From: Thermoplasmata archaeon
Lineage (GTDB): Archaea; Thermoplasmatota; Thermoplasmata; Lutacidiplasmatales; UBA184
Reading direction: 5' to 3'
Assembly (NCBI GenBank): GCA_021812305.1
Contig: JAKAOB010000002.1
Location: forward strand, 1-46,949
Length of the DNA: 46,949 bases
Of the stretch, positions 19,076-28,160 are shown one piece after another. A program made the translations under genes and the position numbers. The notes under the pieces are model-generated. The model had not been told where the DNA came from. It worked only from the letters and a program-made list of their open reading frames with translations, and did not search any database. Each line of letters starts with the position of its first letter. The stretch's first letter is position 1.

Positions 19076-20889
19076 GCCGGCACCCCGCTCGGGACCTGCG
19101 GACGTTCCCGTCGGGCCTCGCGGGCGGTCGCCGCGGCCGCGGGCCCGGCCGGGCCGAGGCCGGACGGCACGACCCGCCCTTGCTCCATCACGACGACCTG
19201 GTCCGCCGCGTCCAGGATCCGGTCGGAGTGGTGGGCCACGACCAGCACGGTGAGCCGGCCCTTGAGACGCTCGAGCGTCGCGACGAGGCGCGCTTCCGCT
19301 TCCGGGTCCAACGCAGAGTTGGGCTCGTCCAGGAGGAGGATCTTCGGCCGTCGGAGGAGCGCTCGGGCGATCGCGATCCGCTGCGCCTCGCCGCCCGAGA
19401 CGTTGCCGCGGCCCGGACCGACCCGGCTCGCGAGGCCCTCGGGAAGGCGCGCCACGAGGTCGAGGACGCCCGCATCCCGGCAGGCCTCCCACAGCTCCCC
19501 CTCGGTCGCACCGGGGCGCCCCAATCGGAGGTTCTCTTCCACGGTGCCGGCGAAGAGGACCGGACGCTGCGGGACCACGGCCACCTGGGCCCGGAGGGAG
19601 GCGAGCCGCACCTGGCGCAGGTCCTGGTGGTCGATCCGTACCGAGCCGGCCGCGGGGTCGTGCAGACGGGAGAGGAGCTTCAGCAGCGTGCTCTTGCCCG
19701 AACCGTTCCGGCCCAGTACGACCGTGATCCCCCGGGGCGCGAGGTCGAGCGAGACGTCCCGAAGGACGGGGCGGGAGGCGTAGGCGAAGGAGACGTGCCG
19801 GAACTCGATCCGTCCACCGTCGATCGTCAGGTTCGGCGCGCGCGGGTCATCGACGATCGAGGAGGGGCTGTCGAGGACCTCCCGGATCCGCTCGAACGCC
19901 ACCAGCCCGCGCTGGTAGACGTTCAGCACCAACGTGAACCGCTGCATCGGCGTGTAGAGCAGCACGACGAACCCGGTGATGGCGACGAGGGTGCCGAGCG
20001 TCATCGTGCCGGCGAGCACTGCGGACCCGCCGAGCCACCACGTCAGGGCGAGCCCGAGGCTCGTGATCGCCCAGGTCGACCCCGTGATGAGGCCGCCGTA
20101 GACCTTCGCCGCGATCTGGTCGGTGGCCAGGCGGTCGCTGTCGCGCCAGAGGCGGCCCACGGCCACCGCCTCCGCGCTGGAGGTCTGGATGGTCTCGATG
20201 CCGTCCAAGTGCTCCTTGACCGAGGCGGTGAGCTGGCCCTGCGTGGTCCGGGCCACCCGCGTCGCCTCCCGAAGGCGGGCCTGGAGCCGACGGGTGATCA
20301 CGTACTGCACCGGAAGGAACGCCGCCGCGATGAGGGCGATCTCCGGGTTCAGGAGGAAGAGGATCGCCACCGGCCAGGCGACGCGCAGGACGTTCTGGAT
20401 CGTATTGAAGAACACCCGTTCGACGAACTCGCGCATCGATTGCGTGTCGACGATGATGCGATTGAGCAGCTCGCCCGGCCCGAAGCGATCGTGGACGTCG
20501 ATCGAGGAGTGGGCCAGGTGCCGGACGATCGACTTGCGGAGGTCCGCGACCGTCCGCCGGCTCAGCTCCGAGACCGAGGCGGTGCTGAGGTAGGCGGTCG
20601 CGCCGTAGGCCCCGGCCGTCAGGACCAGCCCGGCCACCGAGACGGCGAGCACCGTTCCGGGGTCGGAGATCGGGACGAGGCCGAAGAAGAGCGCTCCGTG
20701 TCCGGTGATGCCGGTGACGAGGTCGCCGGTGAGGAGGGGGACCTGCATCGGCACGATCACGAACAGGAGCGACCAGAGGAGCGCCTGGACGAGGGTGGCC
20801 CGGTGGGCGGCGAGCAGGGGGAAGACGGCACGGAGGGGCGGAGCCGCGGGGGGGGACGGGCGCCCGCGCTCGGTCACGGAGACAGGCAC
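19072..20889 (-). CDS. ABC exporter with fused TMD and NBD
   Basis: Multi-TM domain; GRNGSGKST, VSGGEAQR, LLLDEPNSALD. Confidence 0.92.
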   Translation of the reverse strand: MPVSVTERGRPSPPAAPPLRAVFPLLAAHRATLVQALLWSLLFVIVPMQVPLLTGDLVTGITGHGALFFGLVPISDPGTVLAVSVAGLVLTAGAYGATAYLSTASVSELSRRTVADLRKSIVRHLAHSSIDVHDRFGPGELLNRIIVDTQSMREFVERVFFNTIQNVLRVAWPVAILFLLNPEIALIAAAFLPVQYVITRRLQARLREATRVARTTQGQLTASVKEHLDGIETIQTSSAEAVAVGRLWRDSDRLATDQIAAKVYGGLITGSTWAITSLGLALTWWLGGSAVLAGTMTLGTLVAITGFVVLLYTPMQRFTLVLNVYQRGLVAFERIREVLDSPSSIVDDPRAPNLTIDGGRIEFRHVSFAYASRPVLRDVSLDLAPRGITVVLGRNGSGKSTLLKLLSRLHDPAAGSVRIDHQDLRQVRLASLRAQVAVVPQRPVLFAGTVEENLRLGRPGATEGELWEACRDAGVLDLVARLPEGLASRVGPGRGNVSGGEAQRIAIARALLRRPKILLLDEPNSALDPEAEARLVATLERLKGRLTVLVVAHHSDRILDAADQVVVMEQGRVVPSGLGPAGPAAAATAREARRERPQVPSGVPA

Positions 20890-20903
20890 GGTCGGTCCGG
20901 CCC

Positions 20904-22130
20904 TCAGGCCGATGGGGCGGCGATCGGCGCGGTTCCGTCGACCCGGGCCCCGGAACGAGCGGCGGCTTGCAGGGCCGGCAGGACGGCCGCGGCGAGCTCG
21001 CGGCCGTCGTCGGCCGAGGACGCCACCGGGATCGGGGAGTGGGCGGTGAACTCGCGGACGTAGAGGGGCGCGGAGGTGAGCGCCCCCGAGACCGCCTCGG
21101 GGCGGTAGCCCCATCCGACCAGACGGTCCACGGCGGCGAGCGCACCGAGGGCGCTGTCCGCCGCCAGCAGGAGACCGCTCACGTGGTCGCGGAAGCCGGG
21201 GTCGGTGAGGATCATCTCCGTCTCCCGCTGGAGGATCCCGTCCGCGATCTCCATCACCGTCACGTCCGGGTGGGCCGCGGCGACGTCCGACAGCATCGTC
21301 CGCCACAGGTGGCGCAGCTCGTCCGCCGACGCGAGATAGGTCGAGGGAAAGCCGTAGTCGCTGAAATCGACGACCACCTCGGCCGCGGCGGCGCGCATCT
21401 CGTCCTGGTCCCGGTTGGAAACGCTCCCCGTGAGCTTGGTGGCCGCGACGTGCAATCCCCGGGTGGAGAGGGCGTGGATCAGGCGGGAGGCCACGGTCGT
21501 CTTGCCGGCGTTCATCCCGGTTCCCACCACCACCAGGAGGGGGCCCGGAGACGGCCGCCCGTCCGTCGGGCGGAACCGGAGCTCCTTGAGGTTGAGACGG
21601 TCGCCGTGCGCGTCCCTCAGGTAGCCTTCGAACACCACGGAGGTCGCCCGGGCCATCTCCCGATGGCGGCTCAGGATCGTTCCGATCATTCCGCCCGCGG
21701 TGAGCAGGCTCAGCTCCTCGAGCCCGTCGACCCGCGCCTCGTAGGCGTCGGTGGCGTAGCGGTGGCCGAAGACGCCGACGATGCGGTCGCCCTCGTAGAT
21801 CCGCAGCTTGCGGTTGTCCGCGGTCACGACGGTGGAGTGGTAGCCCAGGGACGCGATGCGGACGATCGCCAAGTCCCCGGGGCGCGGGGCGTCCGCGCCG
21901 CGCTCCGGATCCGAACGGACACCGGACGGGTCCAGGCCGCGGCAGGCCCAGGACCACTTCACGTCCGGTCCGATCGGCGCCAGCGGTCCTCGGCCCCCCG
22001 TGCGGCCGAGGCCGGGCGGCGGGTTCGGGCCGGCCGGCCCCCGCGGCCGGGGTGCGGTTCCAGTACCGCCGAGGGACGGGATCGCGTTCAGGCCAGGGAA
22101 CGGTGTGAGGGGGGTCGCGGGGGCGGCCAT
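20904..22130 (-). CDS. DUF1611-related / BioD-like P-loop NTPase
   Basis: VVGTGMNAGKTT P-loop, AATKLTG, DFSDYGFPSTY, EIADGILQRET; Pro/Gly-rich N-terminal extension, so the start is uncertain. Confidence 0.75.
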   Translation of the reverse strand: MAAPATPLTPFPGLNAIPSLGGTGTAPRPRGPAGPNPPPGLGRTGGRGPLAPIGPDVKWSWACRGLDPSGVRSDPERGADAPRPGDLAIVRIASLGYHSTVVTADNRKLRIYEGDRIVGVFGHRYATDAYEARVDGLEELSLLTAGGMIGTILSRHREMARATSVVFEGYLRDAHGDRLNLKELRFRPTDGRPSPGPLLVVVGTGMNAGKTTVASRLIHALSTRGLHVAATKLTGSVSNRDQDEMRAAAAEVVVDFSDYGFPSTYLASADELRHLWRTMLSDVAAAHPDVTVMEIADGILQRETEMILTDPGFRDHVSGLLLAADSALGALAAVDRLVGWGYRPEAVSGALTSAPLYVREFTAHSPIPVASSADDGRELAAAVLPALQAAARSGARVDGTAPIAAPSA

Positions 22131-22293
22131 GTTCTTCTCGAGGCCCCTTCCGCCGAGAGGGGGGTTATGGGTTTTGGCGCAACCCCCGAACTCATTGGGT
22201 CGCTCCCCGAACCGGGGGTCGTCCGGAGCCCCCGGTCCCCCGCCGTCGACGTTCCCGCCGACCCCGGCCCGGCGGGTGATGCGCCCCGCGGGC

Positions 22294-23619
22294 TCACCGA
22301 CGCACGACCCGCTCCATGAAGCGATCGAGGATCGCGGCCATGCGGCCGCCGATGTCCCGGTAGTCGTACCGCACCGTCACGATCGGAGGGGTGACACGGA
22401 TGAGCCGCTTGAGATCGACCGGGCTCCCGTCGACGACGACCTCGGGCGCCGCGCGTTCGATCGTTGCCTCCAGTTCTCGGACCTGGGCCGCACCGTAGCC
22501 CATCGCCGGCAGGACCGCGGCGAGGTGCGGATAGGCCGCGTAGACCTGGGCGATGGACCCGACCGCGAACGGTCGGGGGTCGATGACCTGGGCGCCGTGG
22601 GCCCGGGCGAAGAGCACGCCGGCGCCGAACGCCATGCCCCCGTGGGTCACCGTCGGCCCGTCCTCGATGACGAGCGCCCGCTTTCCCGCCAGCCGGTCGG
22701 CCCCGTCCGCCGAGATGTCCAGGGCCGCCCGCAATAGCTCGGCCCGGGGATTGGCCCGGGCGGCGTTCTCCTCGACGGTCCGTATGCCCTCCGCGGGAGC
22801 GGAGTCGGTCTTGCTCACGATGAGGACGTCGGCGGCGCGGAAGTTGGCCTCTCCGGGGTAGTAGGACATCTCGTGCCCGGCCCGGTGCGGGTCGGCGACG
22901 ACGATCTGGAGATCGGACGCGTAGAACGGCTGGTCGTTGTTGCCTCCGTCCCACAGGACGAGGTCGGACTCCGACTCGGCCCGGCGCAGGATCGCCTCGT
23001 AGTCGACCCCGGCGAAGACGACCGCCCCGTCGCGGAGGTGCGGCTCGTACTCCTCGCGTTCCTCGATCGTGCACTGGGCCCGGTCGAGGTCGTCGAACGT
23101 CGCGAACCGCTGGACCGCCTGCGCGGCGAGGTCCCCGTACGGCATCGGGTGCCGGACGATCGCCACGCGAAGCCCCTTGGACCTCAGATGGCGGGAGACG
23201 AACCGCGTGAGCGGGCTCTTCCCGGCGCCCGTGCGTACCGCGCAGACGCTGATCACCGGTTTGCTCGAGCGCAGGCAGGTCTCCCGCGGGCCGGCGAGGA
23301 GGAAGCTGGCACCGGCCGCTAGGGCGATCGACGCTTTGTGCATCACCTCCAGGTGCGGAAGGTCCGAGTAGGCGAGGAGGACCAGGTCGACCTGCTCGCG
23401 CCGGACGAGATCGGCGAGCTCCGCCTCGGGAACGATCGGGATGCCGCTCGGATAGCCCGGCCCGGCCAGCGCCGGAGGATAGGCTCGGCCGGCGATGTTC
23501 GGGATCTGGGCGGCGGTGAAGGCGACCACCTCGTACTCCGGCCGGTTCCGGTAGAGGACGTTGAAGTTGTGGAAGTCCCGGCCCGCCGCCCCCACGATGA
23601 CGACCCGACGACGCGACAT
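22294..23619 (-). CDS. arcE: Arginine synthetase ArcE-like protein (COG2403, often annotated as cyclic 2,3-DPG synthase or GTPase)
   Basis: GAAGRDFHNFN, AFTAAQIP, AVRTGAGKS, RHPMPYGDL, CTIEEREEYEP, WDGGNND, EDGPTVTHGGM, LPAMGY. Confidence 0.8.
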   Translation of the reverse strand: MSRRRVVIVGAAGRDFHNFNVLYRNRPEYEVVAFTAAQIPNIAGRAYPPALAGPGYPSGIPIVPEAELADLVRREQVDLVLLAYSDLPHLEVMHKASIALAAGASFLLAGPRETCLRSSKPVISVCAVRTGAGKSPLTRFVSRHLRSKGLRVAIVRHPMPYGDLAAQAVQRFATFDDLDRAQCTIEEREEYEPHLRDGAVVFAGVDYEAILRRAESESDLVLWDGGNNDQPFYASDLQIVVADPHRAGHEMSYYPGEANFRAADVLIVSKTDSAPAEGIRTVEENAARANPRAELLRAALDISADGADRLAGKRALVIEDGPTVTHGGMAFGAGVLFARAHGAQVIDPRPFAVGSIAQVYAAYPHLAAVLPAMGYGAAQVRELEATIERAAPEVVVDGSPVDLKRLIRVTPPIVTVRYDYRDIGGRMAAILDRFMERVVRR

Positions 23620-23816
23620 GCCCTTCCGTTCCCTTGGGAACGGTATAGGCTCGCCGTCAAATAGCGAGCGCCGAACCGGGCTCAACGGCCCCGCTGGGTC
23701 CGCGGAGGTGCCTCACGGGGGTGCCCCGTGCTATCTCGCAACGAGCCGACCCGTCAATCCGGCTTGACGCGCACGCTATGAACCCGGCTCGGACACGGGA
23801 GGGCTGAGGTAGGCCC

Positions 23817-24509
23817 ATGTCGTCGACCCCAGCCCACCGGCTGTCTCCCCTCGATGAGGCCCCGCCCCCCGCCTATCGCTCCCGGAGCGATGGGCCGCGG
23901 GGTCTGCTGCCCCGGGGGGTCTACGCCGTCCTGATCGGCGCCTCGTTGGTGTGGATGGCCAGCGCGGCCGTGCTCGGCCTTGGTGTCTCCCTGCCGAGCC
24001 TGCCGTCCTCGACCGGTTCGGGGGGAGGCAGCTCCACCGTCGACTACCTGTACCTCACCATCGCGTTCAACCCCCTCAACGGGATGGACGAGTACTTCCC
24101 CGCGAACTTCACCGTCCCCGCCCACGCCGCGGTGGTCGTCACGATCACCAACTACGACAACGGCACCAACCTCGTGCCGTCGCAGTACGGCCAGGTCGTG
24201 GGGACCGCCGGCGGAACCGCCCTGGTCTCCGATCCGGTGACCGGCCAGGTCGCCACCGTGACGAGCGTTCCGCTCGCGGAGATCGCGCACACCTTTACGC
24301 TGCCCACCCTCGGCGGGTCCGGAGCGTCCGGCACCCCGGCCGTCAACGTCCCGATCCCGGCGGCGGCATCGGGCCTCGAGCCGACCCAGGTGACGTTCAC
24401 CCTTCACATCGGCGCGGCCGGTTCGTACACGTGGATGTGCATGGCCCCGTGCGACCCGGGCTCCATGACCACCCCGGGCTTCATGACCGGCACGCTGGAC
24501 GTGGAGTAG
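23817..24509 (+). CDS. Membrane-anchored cupredoxin-fold protein (sulfocyanin/rusticyanin-like) with atypical ligand loop
   Basis: N-terminal TM and Ser/Gly linker, PANFTVP...VTITNYD, AHTFT, GSYTWMCMAPCDPGSMTTPGFMTGTL. Confidence 0.75.
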   Translation: MSSTPAHRLSPLDEAPPPAYRSRSDGPRGLLPRGVYAVLIGASLVWMASAAVLGLGVSLPSLPSSTGSGGGSSTVDYLYLTIAFNPLNGMDEYFPANFTVPAHAAVVVTITNYDNGTNLVPSQYGQVVGTAGGTALVSDPVTGQVATVTSVPLAEIAHTFTLPTLGGSGASGTPAVNVPIPAAASGLEPTQVTFTLHIGAAGSYTWMCMAPCDPGSMTTPGFMTGTLDVE

Positions 24510-24665
24510 ACGGCCGGGCGACCCTACGGTCCCGAGCGGCCCGCGAAGATCGGTGGCCCGGGGCGGCGGGGGCTCGCCCGGGACCGGGCGCGGCCCGCCG
24601 ACCGCCGGCGTCCCGCCGATCGGACGATGATCCCGGGGCCGGTCCTGTCGCGGAGTAACGGTCGG

Positions 24666-25031
24666 CTAGAGCCGGGCGCGCCCGCCTCGCTCCCGTGTCG
24701 GGGCCGAACCGCCCCGGGCGTCGGCGGAGGGGAGCGTCCGCCCTGCCTTGAGCTCGATCTGGACGGGGGGCGCCACGCGCGTCAGGTAGCCCACGAAGTG
24801 GCCGTCCTGGTAGACGCGCCACCGCTGCGGCTCCGGCTCGCAGAGGACCCGGTGGTGACCGGGGAGATGCAGCAGCGCCTCGATCGGGAGCGCGAGCGGC
24901 GGTTCGCGTTCGCCCAGAAGGGGAACTTCGGTATGCGGCTCCTCCAACATCGCCGGGAGCTCGCCCTCGGCGATCCGGGAGGATCGGGGGTCCTTGCGGC
25001 GCGAGAGGAACGCGGGCGTGCGGGCGGCCAT
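24666..25031 (-). CDS. Hypothetical protein
   Basis: ORF with coding-like codon usage; TATA-like CATATAC on the minus strand about 25 nt upstream of ATG 25031. Confidence 0.5.
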   Translation of the reverse strand: MAARTPAFLSRRKDPRSSRIAEGELPAMLEEPHTEVPLLGEREPPLALPIEALLHLPGHHRVLCEPEPQRWRVYQDGHFVGYLTRVAPPVQIELKAGRTLPSADARGGSAPTRERGGRARL

Positions 25032-25138
25032 CCGCCGTTTCAGCCGGGATACGGTATATGATGGGGGGGTCAACCGCGATTCACCGGCCGAGGGCCGTGT
25101 CGCCACCCTCATACCCGTGGGGGGTCTAGTACCGGAGC

Positions 25139-26629
25139 ATGGCGGACCGCCCGACGGACCCCGCCCTTCTCGAGGAGATCCACCGCCGCGTCCCGGTCGG
25201 GATCCTCACCATGGGCCCCGACGGGCGGCTCACCTCGGCCAACCCGAACGCGCGGCGGAGCCTGGCGCTCGGTGACGCGCCGGAAGGGCTCGACCTTCTC
25301 GCGGATCCGCGGGTCCGCACGGCGGGGCTGGACGGTCCGCTTCGCAAGGCCGTCGAGGGAACCCCGACGACCATCCGGGCCGTCTCCTTCGCGCCGGAGC
25401 CCGGTCGCGCCATCACGCTCGACATCGAGCTCGTCCCGATGCCCGGGACCCCGGGCTGGCACCAGGTGCTCGCGATCGTGACGGACGTCACCGAGCGCCT
25501 CAATGTCCAGCGCCGGGCGGAGCTGTTCTACCAATCGTTCCTGCACAGCCACGACGTCATCGAGGTGACGGACCGCCAGGGGGTCCTGGTCGACGTCAAC
25601 CCGGCGTTCGAGCGGGTCTACGGCTACTCGCGCGAGGAGGTCGTGGGCTCGAAGCCCCGCATCGTCCGCAGCCCGCGGACGCCGGACGACGTCTACCAGC
25701 GCCTCTGGAACGAGATCCTCGACCCGAAGAAGGGGCGCTGGTCGGGGGAGATCGTCAACATCGATCGCCAGGGGCGCGAGCACCCGATCCTCCTCTCGAT
25801 CGACGCCATCCGCAACGCGGCCGGCGAGATCACGCATTTCATCGGCGTCGCCACGGACCTCTCCGAGCAGAAGTCGTTCGAGCGCCAGGTCGCCCGGGCG
25901 GACCGGCTCGCGTCGATCGGCCAGCTCGCCGCGGGGGTGGCCCACGAGCTCAACACGCCGCTGGCCAACATCATGCTCATCGCCGAGAGCCTGCACCGGC
26001 GCGCCCCGAGCCCGTGGGTCCAGGGCCGGGCCGACGCGCTCATGAAGCAGGTCGATGCCGCGAGCCGCATCGTCCACGGCCTCCTCGACTTCTCGCGCAA
26101 CTACCCGCCGAGGGTCGACGAGGTCGACCTCACGGAGATCGCGGCCGAGGCCGTGTCGTTCGCGCGGGGCAAGCAGTCGATGGACATCGAGGTCGTCGAG
26201 CACTACGAGGTCGCCTCCCTGCCGGTCCGGGGGGACCGTCTGGAGCTCCTCCAGGTCTTCGTCAACCTCATCAACAACGCCTACGACGCGATGGAGGGCA
26301 AAGGGACGCTCACGATCTCCTCCGGGGTCGCCGAGGGGCTCGCCGAGGTGAGCATCACCGACACGGGCCCGGGGATCCCGCCGTCGATCCTCCCGCGGAT
26401 CTTCGAGCCGTTCTTCACCACCAAGACCGACGGGAAGGGCACCGGCCTCGGGCTCGCGATCTGCCACGGGATCGTCCGGGCCCACGGGGGGGTCATCGAC
26501 GTCGCGACGGAGCTCGGGCGCGGCGCCCGGTTCACGGTCCGTCTCCCGATCGTCCCCGGTCGCGCCCCACCGGAGCCCGCGGAGGGGGCGGCGGCCCGCG
26601 GGTCACTCGCTGCGGACGAGGTCCGCTAG
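25139..26629 (+). CDS. Cytoplasmic sensor histidine kinase (PAS-PAS-HisKA-HATPase)
   Basis: PAS motifs (VNPAFERVYGYSREE), AHELNTPL, NLINNAYDA, DTGPGI, FEPFFTTK, GTGLGL. Confidence 0.95.
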   Translation: MADRPTDPALLEEIHRRVPVGILTMGPDGRLTSANPNARRSLALGDAPEGLDLLADPRVRTAGLDGPLRKAVEGTPTTIRAVSFAPEPGRAITLDIELVPMPGTPGWHQVLAIVTDVTERLNVQRRAELFYQSFLHSHDVIEVTDRQGVLVDVNPAFERVYGYSREEVVGSKPRIVRSPRTPDDVYQRLWNEILDPKKGRWSGEIVNIDRQGREHPILLSIDAIRNAAGEITHFIGVATDLSEQKSFERQVARADRLASIGQLAAGVAHELNTPLANIMLIAESLHRRAPSPWVQGRADALMKQVDAASRIVHGLLDFSRNYPPRVDEVDLTEIAAEAVSFARGKQSMDIEVVEHYEVASLPVRGDRLELLQVFVNLINNAYDAMEGKGTLTISSGVAEGLAEVSITDTGPGIPPSILPRIFEPFFTTKTDGKGTGLGLAICHGIVRAHGGVIDVATELGRGARFTVRLPIVPGRAPPEPAEGAAARGSLAADEVR

Positions 26630-26944
26630 GCCCGTCGGCTCCTCGTGGGTCCCCGAGCGCAGGAGCGCCCGGGTGACGTCACCGTGCCGCACGAACCCGA
26701 CGAGGTGGCCTTCCTCCACGACGGGGAGCCACTCGAGCCCGCAGGCGTGGAAGAGCCGCTCGGCGTCGCCGATCAGGGTATCGGGGTCCAGGGCCGGCGG
26801 GGGAGGGTGCATGAGCCGCCGGACCCGGTCCGGGTCGGCGCACGCCCCCGCGGGGGCCGGGCCGGGCGCCCGCGCGAGCGCCCCGGCCCTCAGGAGCGCG
26901 GAGATGAAGGCGTCGCCATCGGCGGCTCGCTCCGCGCGGACCAC
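26603..26944 (-). CDS. Single CBS-domain protein
   Basis: VRRLM..PPPALDPDTLIGDA...LPVVEEGHLVGFV. Confidence 0.7.
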   Translation of the reverse strand: MVRAERAADGDAFISALLRAGALARAPGPAPAGACADPDRVRRLMHPPPPALDPDTLIGDAERLFHACGLEWLPVVEEGHLVGFVRHGDVTRALLRSGTHEEPTGLADLVRSE

Positions 26945-27035
26945 GACCGTCGCTGTCGGCCGGGGCTACTTGAACCCCAAGTCAAGGCCGGCTGACCTCA
27001 GGGGTCTTAAATCCCGGGGCCCCCGTGCGGGCGGC

Positions 27036-28088
27036 ATGCGGATCCTCGTGGTCGACGACGACGCGACGTTCCGGGAGGAGGTCTCGGAATTCTTGGCCGA
27101 GCAGGGCCACGACGTCGCGGTGGCCCCGTCGGCGCACCGGGCCCTCGATTACCTCCAGGGCGAGGAGCGGGACGTCGTCTTCACCGACCTCAAGATGCCC
27201 CGCCAGAGCGGCCTCGACCTCCTCAAGGAGGTCCGGCGGCAGTGGCCGCGTACGTACGTCGTCGTCGTCACCGGCTTTGCCACGGTCCCCACGGCCGTCG
27301 AGGCGATGAAGCTCGGGGCGTTCGAGTACATCCAAAAGCCGTTCCGGTCCGAGCAGGTCCTGTCGGTCCTCCACCTCATCGAGGAGGAACAGCGCTACGC
27401 CGGCGGCGCCCTCCCGCCCCGCGAGGCGGTGGCGCTCGCACGGACGCTCCATCGCGAGCAGGGGATCGCGATCCTCCTCCTCACCTCCCCGCCGGTCCCG
27501 GCGGGCGACGGGATCGAGGTCCGGCCGTTCGACGGCACCGAGCCGGCGCTCGCCCGCGACGAGGTCGAGGCGTTCCTCCGCGACCACGAGCGGGGCGGCG
27601 TCGTCATCGCGCATGCGGAGCGGATGCTCGCGAACCATCGGCTGGACGACATTCTCGAGCTGCTGGCCGATCTCCGCGAGCGCCTGCGCGGGCGCGGCCC
27701 GTTCGCCCTCGGGCTCGACCCCGCCCACCTGTCGAACGTCCAGGCGGAGGCCCTGCGGGCCGTGATGGTCGCCGAGGAGGTCCACGGGGCCATCGAGGCG
27801 CTCTCGAGCCCGATCCGACGCCGGGTGCTCCTGCGCCTGCACGACGGGCCGGCGCCGTTCAGCGACGTGATGCACGCCGCCGAGCTCGACGACTCGCCGA
27901 AGATGTCGTTCCATCTCCATCGGCTCGTGGACGAGGGGCTGATCTCCCACGCCAACGAGGTCTACCGGCTCACCCCGAAGGGCCAGGGGGCGGTCGACGT
28001 CCTTCGTTCGATGGAGCGGCTCGCCGCCGGCCGCACGGGGGAGGCGCTCGTCTTCCAGCCCCCGCTGCACGCGGGCCCGCACGCCTGA
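27036..28088 (+). CDS. Response regulator: receiver, DUF835-like domain and ArsR-type wHTH
   Basis: MRILVVDDD, TDLKMP, VTG, KPF; C-terminal ALSSPIRRRVL...SFHLHRL...YRLTPKG. Confidence 0.9.
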   Translation: MRILVVDDDATFREEVSEFLAEQGHDVAVAPSAHRALDYLQGEERDVVFTDLKMPRQSGLDLLKEVRRQWPRTYVVVVTGFATVPTAVEAMKLGAFEYIQKPFRSEQVLSVLHLIEEEQRYAGGALPPREAVALARTLHREQGIAILLLTSPPVPAGDGIEVRPFDGTEPALARDEVEAFLRDHERGGVVIAHAERMLANHRLDDILELLADLRERLRGRGPFALGLDPAHLSNVQAEALRAVMVAEEVHGAIEALSSPIRRRVLLRLHDGPAPFSDVMHAAELDDSPKMSFHLHRLVDEGLISHANEVYRLTPKGQGAVDVLRSMERLAAGRTGEALVFQPPLHAGPHA

Positions 28089-28160
28089 TCGCGCGGAGAG
28101 CGCCCCCGCGGCGGGTCCGTGCGGCGCACTCTTGATTAGCCGGAGCGCCGATGCTCCCGC

